DNA of 64,000 bases from an uncultured Gemmataceae bacterium (lineage in GTDB: Bacteria; Planctomycetota; Planctomycetia; Gemmatales; Gemmataceae), in contig CAVVPN010000011.1 of NCBI GenBank assembly GCA_963750165.1, positions 1,792,001 to 1,856,000 of the forward strand, given 5' to 3'. Position 1 is the stretch's first letter; each line of letters begins with the position of its first letter. The position numbers and the translations under genes were made by a program. Under the pieces are notes generated by a model. It was not told the origin of the DNA. It did not search any database and saw nothing but the letters and a program-made list of their open reading frames with translations. Shown piece after piece: positions 39,265 through 49,600 of this stretch.

Positions 39265-40486
39265 GTGAACGTGCGCTTCCTGTATCTGGCCGTGAGTCTG
39301 GCCGGTTGTGCGCTGCTGACGCCCGGCGCCGGCCCCGCGCCCGCCGGCGATAAACCGAAAGGCCCCGTCTGGCTGACGGATTATGCGCTGGCACTGAAAG
39401 CCGCAAAAGAGAGCGGCAAACCGATCTTCGCCGTGTTCCGGTGACTGCACTGACCCGGCGCCGGGTTTGACGAGCAGGTTGCTCGTCTGGACAAGATCGA
39501 GGACGTGGCGCGGCACTTCGTGCTGCTGCAAATCGGTAGTATGCGGGGCGTCAACCTCGACGTGTTCGAGTTCGACTACGACCTGACGTGGATGGCGTTC
39601 TTCCTGAACGCCAACGAGAAGGTGTATGGCCGCTACGGTGGCCGCCCCGTGGAATCGCCGTCGAAATACTGGTCGCTGGACGGGCTGCGCAACGCCCTGG
39701 CCGCGGCGCTGGCGGCGCACCAGGCCGACCCGACGGCCAGGCCGCCGCTGCGGCCCGCGGAGCCGCGCCGCCCCGAACAGTGGCCGGCCGCTCAGCGGTT
39801 GCCGGCGAAGGCGTGCATCCACTGCCATCATGTATGGGAGTTCCGCCGCGCTGATTTGCAGGCGCGCAGCAAATGGACGACGGACGAGGTGTGGGTTTAC
39901 CCGCGACCAGAGAACGTCGGTCTGACCATTGATGTGGTGGCCGGCAACCGCGTGACGCAGGTGGCGCCGAACTCCGCCGCGGCGAAGGCGGGCGTGCTGG
40001 TCGGCGACCGCCTGCTGCGCCTGAACGACCTGCCCGTGGCCTCGTACATGGACGCGCAGTACGCCCTGCACAAGGCGCCGGCAGGGCCGTGTCCCGCTGA
40101 CCTGGCAGCGCCAGGGCAAGCAGCTGAAGGGCGAACTGACGCTGGCGGCCGGCTGGCGACGGACGGACGTGTCGTGGCGCTGGTCGCTGCGCAGCCTGGA
40201 GCCGGGACCGCAGCTGGACGGCTACGATTTGACCGCGGAGGAGAAAAAGGCGCTCGGCCTGAAGCCGAAGCAGCTGGCGTTCAAGCAGGGGGCGTTCGTG
40301 CCGCGCACCGCCCAGCAGGCGGGCATTCACATCGGCGACACCATCGTCGGCGTGGACGGCAAGCAGCCGGAGCTGACGTTTCGCCAGTTCGACGTTTACA
40401 TTCGGCTGAATTACCGCGTCGGTGATGAGGTGACGTATCAGATCATCCGCCAGGGCAAGCGCATGAATGTGAAGCTGAAATTGTGA
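39265..40486 (+). CDS. Exported thioredoxin-fold/CxxCH/tandem PDZ protein with two in-frame TGA codons (candidate selenoprotein); frameshift near 40090
   Basis: Signal peptide, WLTDYALALKAAKESGKPIFAVFR-TGA-L-H-TGA-PGAGFDEQV in frame with ORF 39505; YGRYGGR, CIHCH, SAAAKAGVLVGD, AQQAGIHIGD. Confidence 0.8.
39469..39487 (+). promoter_or_regulatory. Candidate bacterial SECIS apical hairpin
   Basis: gacgagc-aggtt-gctcgtc; G-containing loop about 24 and 33 nt downstream of the two TGAs. Confidence 0.65.
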
Positions 40487-40539
40487 GCGGGCCGCCACAA
40501 TCGTGGAGCCGCGGGGTTCAACAAGGCGGAGGACTGAGC

Positions 40540-41757
40540 ATGAATCGACTGATCTTCGCCACCGTGCTGACCGCCGTTGCCTTCGCTGCCCGCGCGGCCG
40601 CGCCGACCGCGCCCCAGGAGCAAAAACCCGGCGAAAAGTTGCTCGCGGTCCGGTGCCTGGCCTTTTCGCCCGGCGGAACCTGGCTCGCCGTCGGCGGCGG
40701 GTCGGACGGCACCGGCGTGTCCAAACCACGGTACGTCGGTGACGGCTTCGTCCGCGTGTACTCCGTCAGGGGCGTGCTGGGCAACGTCAAAAAAGACCTC
40801 GCCGGCGCCCTCCATCAGACGAACTTCACGAATTTTGTCGGTCTTGTCGGCTTCGTCGATGAGGGCACGGTGGCGACGGTGAGCCAGGAACGGAAGCAGA
40901 CCGTCGGCAGCGCCCCGCCCTACGACGGCGTGCGCGTCACCCGGTTCGCGGTGCCGGGCGGCAAGGAACTGAAGCGCATCCCGCTGGGCGATTGCCTGAA
41001 TGGCCCGCCGAGCATGGGTTATCACCCGTCCAGCGATCAGGTGAGCTACTGGTCGAACACCTTGACCGTGGGTGGGTCGGTGCTGGCGAAGCTGGGCGGC
41101 GGCAAGGCCGGCAAGGGCGGCGGCAAGGGGCTGCCCGCCGGGGAAGCGACCCGCGCCCCCAACTACCGGCTCGATCAGGGGCCGGGCGCCGCCCACCGCT
41201 ACTTTTCGCCGGACGGCAAGGCGCTGCTGACGTGCCCGCCGTTCCACGAACCGGGCAAGAAAGGCATCGGGCCGGCGTCGAGCGTGGTGACCGATTCGCT
41301 GCTCCGGCTGCACGAGACGACCACCGGTAAGGTGACGGCGGCGTTCGACCCCGACGGCGCGTTCGTCGCCTGCGCGGCGTTCGCGCCGGACGGCCAGCGC
41401 CTGGTGCTGGCCTGTCACAATCAGCGGGTGTACGTGTTGACCGGCGACCTCAAGCGCGTGGTCCGTGTGGTCCCGGTCGGCGCGGCCTGTGCGGCCGTGG
41501 CGGTGGCGCCGGACGGCCAGTCCTTCGCCGCGGCGACCGCCGCCGACACGATGAAGGTTTATGAGATCGGCTCCGGGAAAGTCCGTCATTCCCTGGAAGG
41601 AATCAAGGAAGGCGTCAACTGCCTGGCGTTTTCGCCGGACGGCGCCCTGCTGGCGGTCGGGTGTGGCGACGCCGGCCAGTTTGGTCGGCCGGTGGGGCCG
41701 GGCAGCGTCCGGCTGTTCGACGCGCGCACGGGAAAACTGCTCGTGACCCTGAACTGA
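40540..41757 (+). CDS. Exported WD40-repeat protein
   Basis: Signal peptide; AFSPGG/AFAPDG/AFSPDG repeats. Confidence 0.85.
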   Translation: MNRLIFATVLTAVAFAARAAAPTAPQEQKPGEKLLAVRCLAFSPGGTWLAVGGGSDGTGVSKPRYVGDGFVRVYSVRGVLGNVKKDLAGALHQTNFTNFVGLVGFVDEGTVATVSQERKQTVGSAPPYDGVRVTRFAVPGGKELKRIPLGDCLNGPPSMGYHPSSDQVSYWSNTLTVGGSVLAKLGGGKAGKGGGKGLPAGEATRAPNYRLDQGPGAAHRYFSPDGKALLTCPPFHEPGKKGIGPASSVVTDSLLRLHETTTGKVTAAFDPDGAFVACAAFAPDGQRLVLACHNQRVYVLTGDLKRVVRVVPVGAACAAVAVAPDGQSFAAATAADTMKVYEIGSGKVRHSLEGIKEGVNCLAFSPDGALLAVGCGDAGQFGRPVGPGSVRLFDARTGKLLVTLN

Positions 41758-41765
41758 GGTGGCCC

Positions 41766-42899
41766 ATGCAATCCCTGGTTCGGCGACTGACCGTGACGGT
41801 GGTGGGGCCGGCGTGCCTGGGCCTGCTGCTGGCCTGCCCGCCGGCGGCGCACGGCGACGACACGAAGTACCCCGTTGTCAGCGTGGCGTTTTCACCGAAG
41901 GGAACGTGGCTGGCCGTGGGCGGCGGCGTCAACAACGGCTCCACCGTCGGCAAGCCGAAGATCAGCGCCGGCGCCCTGCGCGTGTTTGACACCAGGAAGT
42001 ACCAGGAAAAGGCCAGTTTCCACGACCCGTTCAAGCACAGCGTCTTCCAGTGCGCGTTCGCCGACGAGGACACCGTGATCGGCGTCGCCCACCGTTTCAA
42101 CACGAAGAACTTCCTGGGCACCGGCGTGTACCGGTTCTCCGTCGCGAAGCGCGCGCCGGCCGGCGACGTGCTGAACCTGGGGAACCGACAAAGCGCGAAC
42201 GAGGTGATGGCCTTCCACTGGCCCTCCGGCCTGGCCTGCCTGTACGGTCAGAGTTTCAGCAAGAACACTTACCTGAAGAACCTCAACGCCGGCGCCACGC
42301 AGCGGGGGCGGTCGCTCTATTTCAGCAGCCCGGGCGTCCTGTGTTTTGCCCCCGACGGCAAGACCCTGTTGCTCAGCCCGCCGCGGCACAACCACCGGCC
42401 GGGAGCGGCGCAGAGCCTGCCGCTGAAGGATTGCGTCCTGCGGCTGTACGACACCGCGTCGGGCAAGCTCGCCGGCCATTACATCCCGGACGACGTCTTC
42501 GCCGAGGCGGCGGCGTTCTCGCCGGACGGCAAGCGCGTGGTCCTCTCCTGTCAGGACGACCGCCTGTACCTGCTGACGGCGGACCTGAAGCAAACGGTGG
42601 ACGTGTTCCAGGTCGGCCATTGTTCACGGTTGCTGGCGTTCAGCCCGGACGGCCGCACCATCGCCACGAAGGCCGCCGCGGAGACGGTGCAGCTGCGGAA
42701 CGCGGCCACGGGCAAGGTGGTCCGGGCCCTGGACGGCCACGAGGGCGGCGTCAACTGCTTCGCCTTTTCGCCCGACGGGGCGCTGCTCGCGGTGGGCTGC
42801 GGCCCACTGACCGGCAAGGCGGCGGAGAAGAAAACGCCGGGCCATGTCCGCGTCTGGGACGTGAAGACGGGCAAGTCCGTCGCGGTGATCGATTTTTGA
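41766..42899 (+). CDS. Exported WD40-repeat protein, tandem paralog
   Basis: GTWLAVGGG and VNC.AFSPDGALLAVGCG shared with the upstream gene. Confidence 0.85.
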   Translation: MQSLVRRLTVTVVGPACLGLLLACPPAAHGDDTKYPVVSVAFSPKGTWLAVGGGVNNGSTVGKPKISAGALRVFDTRKYQEKASFHDPFKHSVFQCAFADEDTVIGVAHRFNTKNFLGTGVYRFSVAKRAPAGDVLNLGNRQSANEVMAFHWPSGLACLYGQSFSKNTYLKNLNAGATQRGRSLYFSSPGVLCFAPDGKTLLLSPPRHNHRPGAAQSLPLKDCVLRLYDTASGKLAGHYIPDDVFAEAAAFSPDGKRVVLSCQDDRLYLLTADLKQTVDVFQVGHCSRLLAFSPDGRTIATKAAAETVQLRNAATGKVVRALDGHEGGVNCFAFSPDGALLAVGCGPLTGKAAEKKTPGHVRVWDVKTGKSVAVIDF

Positions 42900-42908
42900 A
42901 GCACGTCG

Positions 42909-43604
42909 ATGCAGATCCTGTTTGAAGACAACCACTGCCTGGCCGTCGCCAAGCCACCGGCGCTGTTGACGCAGGGGGTGCCGCCCGGCATTCCGACGCT
43001 GGAGGCGCTGGTCAAAGCCTACCTGAAAGAAACCTATCACAAGACCGGCAACGTCTACCTGGGCATCCCGCACCGGCTTGACCGGCCGGTCTCGGGGGTG
43101 GTGCTGTTCGCCCGCAACACCAAGGCCGCCCGCCGCCTGGCGGAGCAGTTCCAGCAGCGCCAGGTCACCAAGCTCTACTGGGCGGCGGTCGAGGGCAATG
43201 TGCAGCCGGCCGCGGACACCTGGCACGACTGGCTGCGCAAACTGCAAGAGGAGTCCCGCTCCGAACGCGCCGCGCCGGGCAGTCCGGGGGCGCGTGAAGC
43301 GGTGCTGGAATATCGCACGCTCGGGCCGTGCGCCGGCGGCACTGTGCTGGAACTGCGGCCGCAGACCGGCCGCATGCACCAGCTGCGTCTGCAAGCGGCG
43401 CTGCGCGGCTGGCCGATCCGCGGCGACCAGCTCTACGGCGGCAAACTGCCCTTCGGCCCGCCCGCGGAACTGCCGCGCGACCGCATCATCGCCTTGCATG
43501 CCCGCAGCCTCACCTTCCTGCACCCCATCCGTTACGAACCCATCACCGTCGTCGCCCCGCTGCCCGCCGCCTGGCAGGAACTCGACACTCAGCTGCCGGG
43601 CTGA
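42909..43604 (+). CDS. RluA-family RNA pseudouridine synthase
   Basis: AVAKP, HRLDRPVSG, TGRMHQLR, PIRGDQLYG, ALHA. Confidence 0.92.
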   Translation: MQILFEDNHCLAVAKPPALLTQGVPPGIPTLEALVKAYLKETYHKTGNVYLGIPHRLDRPVSGVVLFARNTKAARRLAEQFQQRQVTKLYWAAVEGNVQPAADTWHDWLRKLQEESRSERAAPGSPGAREAVLEYRTLGPCAGGTVLELRPQTGRMHQLRLQAALRGWPIRGDQLYGGKLPFGPPAELPRDRIIALHARSLTFLHPIRYEPITVVAPLPAAWQELDTQLPG

Positions 43605-43729
43605 TCCCGCGCAAGTCGGCCGCCGCCCGGCGCTCGAGGGGTGAACAGAGCAACGGCCGGCAACGGTGAGGCCAACGCGGGAAGTGCTCGCGGCCTCCGG
43701 TTGTGGGCGGAATCATTAAGGAGCTTATC

Positions 43730-44239
43730 ATGAAGGCGATGTTGATGGGTGTGGCGGCCCTGACGGTGCTGGCGGTGATGACGGTTGGAGGGACGGCCCA
43801 GGCGAACGGCCCGAAGGGTCACGGCCCGGTCCATGTGGTTCATCCGGTGCATCCGGTGTCGCACTTCAACTACCATCTGACACACGGCGTGCGCTTCACG
43901 CACGGCTACTACTTCCGCGGCCCGTACTACAACCACTTTAACTACCGTTACTGGAGCCCGCGCTACCGCTGCTACTTCTACTACTACCCGGGCCTGGGCT
44001 ATTACTACTGGTCGGGTCAGTACGGCAACTTCTATCCGATGAGCTATCTGCCGGTCGTTGGCCCCAGCGGTGTGCCGCCGGTCGGCATCAACACGCTGCC
44101 CAGCCAGCTGCCGTCCGGCCTGATGCCGCCCGACCAGATGTTGCCGCCTGGCGTGACGCCGCCCTACGGTCCGGTGCAGCCCTATGGCCCGGTATCGCCC
44201 TACGGCCAGACGCCGTCCTATGGCCAACTGCCGTATTAA
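43730..44239 (+). CDS. Secreted His/Tyr/Pro-rich low-complexity protein
   Basis: AAGGAG SD, signal peptide ending AQA, Tyr-rich core, PYG repeats. Confidence 0.7.
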   Translation: MKAMLMGVAALTVLAVMTVGGTAQANGPKGHGPVHVVHPVHPVSHFNYHLTHGVRFTHGYYFRGPYYNHFNYRYWSPRYRCYFYYYPGLGYYYWSGQYGNFYPMSYLPVVGPSGVPPVGINTLPSQLPSGLMPPDQMLPPGVTPPYGPVQPYGPVSPYGQTPSYGQLPY

Positions 44240-44418
44240 CCACAGTCGTGCTTCCCGAATCGCCAACCGGCCGCTCCGCCGCCAACCTCGGCGGCGGAGC
44301 GGGCCGATTGGCGTTTTTGATTGCCGCGACGTTCAGGTGCTGGTACGCTGCCATCAGAATGCGGCGCAGCGTACCAACCTGCTTGTTTTGACCATTTCGA
44401 GAGGCTGGCCGGCTGCCA

Positions 44419-44647
44419 CTGCCTGAGTTCAACGAGTTCGGCGACCTCCCCGAAGGGAGCCACCTGGCCTCGCTCGCAGAAGTCGTTGCACGCTTCGGAA
44501 CCGGGACGGTCCAAAGGCAAGCGGTTACGGATCGCCTCCGGCGAATTTATCAGTTGGCGGTGGCGGCCGGGCGCCTGGATCGGCTCGTTATCTTCGGCAG
44601 TTACGTTTCGGACGTGCCCGCACCCAATGATGTGGACGTGATCCTGG
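44419..44647 (+). pseudogene. Truncated nucleotidyltransferase-like (DUF6932-like) gene
   Basis: LPEFNEFGDLPEG.H.ASL.EV..RFG..IFGSYVSD..PNDVDVIL (GS..DxD), cut off at the inverted-repeat element. Confidence 0.65.
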
Positions 44648-44789
44648 GGTGGTGGGTTAGCAGCGTTGCCATACGCCGAAGTCCTTCTGGATCAAGGGGT
44701 AATGACAAGCCACGGTTTTCGGCTTCGAGCGGTAACCGTTTACCACTGTTGAACTTGCGTCACCTCGGCAACGCTGCTAACCCACCACC
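44648..44789. mobile_element. 142-bp MITE/REP-like element with perfect 23-bp terminal inverted repeats
   Basis: ggtggtgggttagcagcgttgcc ... ggcaacgctgctaacccaccacc; lower-GC interior. Confidence 0.7.
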
Positions 44790-44827
44790 GGAATCGCGTT
44801 CCCCACCCGTAATTCGGAGGGCTTGAC

Positions 44828-45661
44828 ATGGCGGACGAATCAGCATTCCCGAACGGAGCGCGGGGCGATGGCCCGAAAAAACCCTCCGCCCGCGACCGAC
44901 TGCGTGCGGAGTTGGAGAACGCCGTCCACCTGGCCCACCACCTGACGGCCGCGGGCGACCTGCGCGGCGCGTGGGAGACCTATCGGTGCATCGTCCGGCT
45001 GTTCGCCGCGTCGGACGCCAGGGCCGTGGCGAAACGGCTGCGCGCGGCCCTCGAAGCCGAGGCCACGAGCGTCAATCTCGAACGGCAAGTCACCGGCCTG
45101 CGGCGAGCGCTGGACGAGGTCGCCGGGCCGTGGACCGTCGGCGCCGCGGCGGCCGACTACCGCGCCTCGATCCTGCGGGCGATCAGCGTGGGCGCCCCGG
45201 CCTACAACGCCGGCGACCAGCGCGGCTGCTACGAGGTGTACGCCGCCACGGCCCGATGGCTGTTGCACACGCTGCCCACGGCCGACGCGGAGGCCCGGAC
45301 CCGGCTGGAGGACGCGCTGCGCCGCTGTGCGAGCCTGGCCGACGTGAACGAGCAGGCGTGGGCCATGCGGCACGCCTTTGACGCCATCCTGAGCCCACCG
45401 GTCGCGGGGACGGCCGAGATCCGCGCCGCGCTGCAGCGGGCAATCGAGCTGGGTGCCCCGGTGTACAACAGCGGCAACCATCGCGGCTGTTACGAGATAT
45501 ACGCTGCGACGGCCCGGCTCATCGTGGCAAGCTTCGCCGGCGGCGACGCGGCCAAGCAGCGGTTGCAGGCGGCGCTGGCGGAGTGCGACCGTCTGGAGGA
45601 CGCGAACCAGCAGGCGTGGACGATGCGGCACGCCTTCGACAGCATCCTCGCCGGGGAGTGA
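44828..45661 (+). CDS. Hypothetical protein with tandem helical repeat domains
   Basis: Two copies of AI..GAP.YN.G..RGCYE.YAATAR..QAW.MRHAFD.IL; GGAGG SD. Confidence 0.75.
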   Translation: MADESAFPNGARGDGPKKPSARDRLRAELENAVHLAHHLTAAGDLRGAWETYRCIVRLFAASDARAVAKRLRAALEAEATSVNLERQVTGLRRALDEVAGPWTVGAAAADYRASILRAISVGAPAYNAGDQRGCYEVYAATARWLLHTLPTADAEARTRLEDALRRCASLADVNEQAWAMRHAFDAILSPPVAGTAEIRAALQRAIELGAPVYNSGNHRGCYEIYAATARLIVASFAGGDAAKQRLQAALAECDRLEDANQQAWTMRHAFDSILAGE

Positions 45662-45695
45662 GGGGTGCTTGCGCGGCCACGAGCAGCAGAATGGT

Positions 45696-46199
45696 TCAGC
45701 CCGTCTGTTTCCGCTTGTGCGGTTGTGCGGGTTCTGGCACTGGCACGATGCGCAACCGATAGCCAATCCGCGTCAGCGCCTGGGTCAGCGCCTTCAGAGA
45801 CAGATCCTTGCGCCCTGCCAGGACGTGACTGAGCATGTCTTCGGCGATGCCGGTCGCCTCGCAGAAGGCCCGGCGCGTCGGGAATTTGTTGCGGATCAAT
45901 TCCTCCAGATCGCCCTGGAGATCGTCCGGAGCGATTAAACCGGCGGCCATGCCCAATCGGCTACTGAGATCTTGGGCCACCCGCCAGGGAATTGTCCGTC
46001 GCACTAATTTCCGGGACAGACCGCGGGCCTCGTAGAAGGCGGGAACAGCGGCGAACCACCAGTTGTCGAAGTCGTCCCAGTCGGGGTGCGTGCGGGCACG
46101 CCGTCGGATGCGGGCCACCAGCTTGCGCTCCTCCGCATCCAGATGCACCAGGGGGATTTCCTGCCCGTCGAGATCGACATAACTGTCAGTCTGTTTCAT
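45696..46199 (-). CDS. XRE-type helix-turn-helix protein
   Basis: TRRAFCEATGIAEDMLSHVLAGRKDLSL. Confidence 0.75.
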   Translation of the reverse strand: MKQTDSYVDLDGQEIPLVHLDAEERKLVARIRRRARTHPDWDDFDNWWFAAVPAFYEARGLSRKLVRRTIPWRVAQDLSSRLGMAAGLIAPDDLQGDLEELIRNKFPTRRAFCEATGIAEDMLSHVLAGRKDLSLKALTQALTRIGYRLRIVPVPEPAQPHKRKQTG

Positions 46200-46545
46200 G
46201 GCCCGACCCCTCAACAAACTCTACATGACCGGCAACACTCAGGTAAATACACTTCTGCCGAAAAATCGAGCAAGACTCCCTCAACAAGATACGCAACTCC
46301 ATAACAGCGGCACGGGGCAGGGCCACGACGTAACGGCGCGAACTGTCCTGGATGCGTTCTCCAGTATCAGGATCCAGATACCAACCCTGGTGCAGCGCGG
46401 TGTCCCGTGTCGCTCCGCCGAAGGCCACCAGGCGGTCTTCCAGCCACGCCCAGCTCCCGGGACGATGTAAGCGACCGTCCGACAAATTTCGGTCTCTGCG
46501 GATTGGTATCAGAAACGAACACTCCAGTAACCGTCTTTTCGTCAT
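46186..46545 (-). CDS. Hypothetical protein overlapping the HTH gene
   Basis: 119-aa lower-GC ORF (FLIP..FGGAT..G.Y.D..FRQKCIYL); stop overlaps the next start. Confidence 0.65.
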   Translation of the reverse strand: MTKRRLLECSFLIPIRRDRNLSDGRLHRPGSWAWLEDRLVAFGGATRDTALHQGWYLDPDTGERIQDSSRRYVVALPRAAVMELRILLRESCSIFRQKCIYLSVAGHVEFVEGSGHETD

Positions 46546-46583
46546 GAGTTCCTTCTCCCGGACCTGATGACCTCCTCTCCCGC

Positions 46584-46612
46584 ATGGTAACGGTTCTTGA
46601 CCATAAGTCAAG
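46584..46612 (-). promoter_or_regulatory. Putative sigma70 promoter with palindromic operator
   Basis: TTGACT-16 nt-TACCAT on the minus strand; CTTGAC-N5-GTCAAG overlaps the -35. Confidence 0.55.
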
Positions 46613-46654
46613 CCCTGTCCGAGAGAGTGTCACGCCTCCCATTCACAGCGGCCG

Positions 46655-49600
46655 TCACTTCTTCAGCCGCGCCCCATTGATCCACGCCAGGATGGTGCGG
46701 TACGCCGGATCCTCCGTGCCGCCCCAGCGCACGCCGCCGCCGTGACTGAGCGTCTTCTGGTCGAGGACGCCCTCCTGAGCCGCGTCCGCCAGCGGCTTGC
46801 GCAGGATCAGGCTGTTCGCCGGCCGGGCCAGGTCGATCACCTTCAGCGCCGCCCGGTAGTGCTCCCGTGACTGCTGCGGCGTGAAGCCGCCGTCCTTGCC
46901 GGGCCGGCTCAGGCGGAAGATCGTGTGCGTGTGGTGGCACAGCGCACACGCCTGGCCGTCGCCGCCCTTGACCGCGAACAGCGGCTGCACCTTCGCCACG
47001 AAATAGTCGTAGTCCAGCAACTTTGTCACGTCGCCCTGCGGCAGCTTGCTGTCCTTGCCTTCGTAGAGCTGCTCGGCCAGCTGCCGCGTCCGTTCGCTGG
47101 GGTCATCCAGCAGCGCCTTCAGCGCCAGCCGCACCGCCGGGTTCTTGCCCATCTGCGGATACTTCTGCACCAGCGCCAGCGCCTCGCGCCGCACCGCGTC
47201 CTCCTTCGCGGTCAGCGCCTCGCTGACGACGCTGACCAGTTCCAGGTTCTCCGCCAGCGCCGGCCGCGCCCGCAGCACCTCGAACACCAGCTGCCGATTC
47301 GCCGCCTTGTCGCTGCGCAACAGCCGATTCGTCAGGAACTGCGCCTGCTTGGTGTCCGCCACCGCCGGCAGCGTCAGCGCCGTTTCCAGGGCCGCCCGCT
47401 TCACCGCCGCGTCGTCGGCGGCCAGCGCCTCAACCAATGCCTCACGCACCTTCGCGTCCCTGTGCAGCGCCGGAAACTGCGGCAACGCCGCCAGCGCCGC
47501 CGGCACCCGCTGCGGATCGCCCGACGTGACGAATTCACGCACCGCCGTCAGCACCCTGGCGTTCGCCGTCGCCTTGCCGCCGAGCTTGCCGACGGTCGTC
47601 AGCGCCGCGTTGCGCGCCTCCGCGTGCGGGCTGGCCAGCAGCTTGATCAGGGCGGGGCCGAGCCGGGCCTCCGTCTGCGGCGTTAACTTCAGCGGGAAGG
47701 CGTTCCGCAACTCCGCGGCTACCGCACGCACACGCGGACTGTCGTCGCCGTACAGGTCGAGCCAGTAGACGGGCAAATCCTTGACGACGCCCTTGAGCGT
47801 CAGCGCCGTGACCGCGGCGTGCTCGCGCACCGACGGCGACTTGTGCGTCAGCAGCTTGATCAGTAGCGGCTCCAGCGTGTCGCGGCTGTCGGCGTAGAAC
47901 TGAATCTGTTCGATGTCGTTGCCGATGCGGCCGTAGCGGATTTTGTTGCCGTAACCGCCGCGGCGCAGGTGGAACTCCGCCAGCGCCTGCAGCGTCTGGT
48001 CGATCAGCGCCTCGTTGTCCGACGCCAGCGCTTTTGCCACGCGGTCGCCGATCATCTTCATCTGCGCTTTCTGGCCCTGGCTCGCCCTGTCCTTGTCGGC
48101 CTGCCGGGCCAGCAGCGGAATCCAGTTGTTGTAAAGGTAGCGCGTGTTCTCATCGGCGACGTTGTACAGGGCCGCGCGCAGGTTGCCCTGCACGGCCGGC
48201 TGCCGCTCCACCGCTAGACGCGCCAGCAGCGCGTCCACGACCTCCGCCCGCAGCCCAAGGCTCTTCGTCCACCAGAACCACTGCCACGCCGCCCGCGTCG
48301 CCAGCAGGCGCACCAGCGGGTCGGCGTCGTTCAGCCGCGCCAGCACTGCCCGGCCCAGGTCGTCGTCGTGCGTCAGGTAGGCGAAGTGCTGGGCGAAGAC
48401 ACGGATGGCCCCGCGGCGCGTCACGTCATCGTCCGCGGCGAGGGCCGCCTTGATCTCGGCGTGGCCCTTGCCGGCGCGCGTGGCGTACTCGCGCACCGCC
48501 CAGGCGGCGCTGTGCCGCACCACCTTGCTGCGGTCGCCGAGCAACTTCACCACGTCGCCGTGCAGCTCCGGCGCGAGGATGCGCCCCGCGGCCTCGACGG
48601 CGGTCTGCCGCACCAGCACCTCGGGGTGCCGCAGTGCCTGACCGATCTGCTTGACAAGCGCGTCGGACGGCCGCTGCCAGATTTGATCGAGCTGCGCCAG
48701 CAACGCCGCCTCGTTGTCGAGGTCCAGTTGCTTCGGCAGCGGCGGGAAGCCGGCGTGCCAACCGCGGGCCTGTTCGGGGCCGCGCTTCGGGTCCTCGTTG
48801 GGGTAGAGCTGCGCCAGCGCCATGACGGCGAACTGCGTCTCGCGGAAGGGCGTCTTGAAGTTCTCGTACGTGCTGCTGTCGAGCCAGCCGCCCCAGGGTT
48901 GCTGTGTCCGCAACAGCGCTTCAATTCCCTTGCGAATCTGCGGATGCTCGGGCGTGTAGCCGCTCAGCGCCAGCACCCACAGGCAGTGACCCGTCTGGAA
49001 CTTGACCGCCGTACTTTTCGGGTCGGTCAGCATCGACCATTGCCCATCGGGTCGCTGCCATTTCAAGATCGCCGCGCAGTTCTTCTTGATGCGCTCCGCG
49101 TACTTCTTCGGGTCGATCTGCACGAAATCCGCGGTCTGGTAGCACAGGTCGAGCAGCACCGGCTGTTTGGCGCTGTCCTTGCGCTTGCTGAAGGTGTCCT
49201 GCTCGATCAGGCCCTGCAAGCGGTCGCGATACTCCGCATACTCTTTTTTGCCGGTGCGGCGCGCCATCTCGTCGAACATCAGCCAGCTGTGGCCGGCGAT
49301 CTCGTAGGTGCTGACCACGGGCAGGTTGCCGTTGCTCTCGTTGCCCGGCAGCTTGTCGCGGCCCTGGTAGTAAATCTTGAGGTAGCCCGTCACGCCCTCC
49401 AGGCAGCGCGTGCGGGCCTCGTGAGTGATGTCGCGCTCGTAGAGGTTGACGAGGTAGCCGAGCCGGCTCATGACGTTGGCCGACGCGGAAATCATCCGCG
49501 CCCAGGTGGCGTCCTGTTCGTGGCCGTAGAAGGGCCGCGGATTGTTGTACAGGCGCTCGGCCAGGAACTTCAGCGCCGGCCGCTGCTTGACGGGGTAGCC

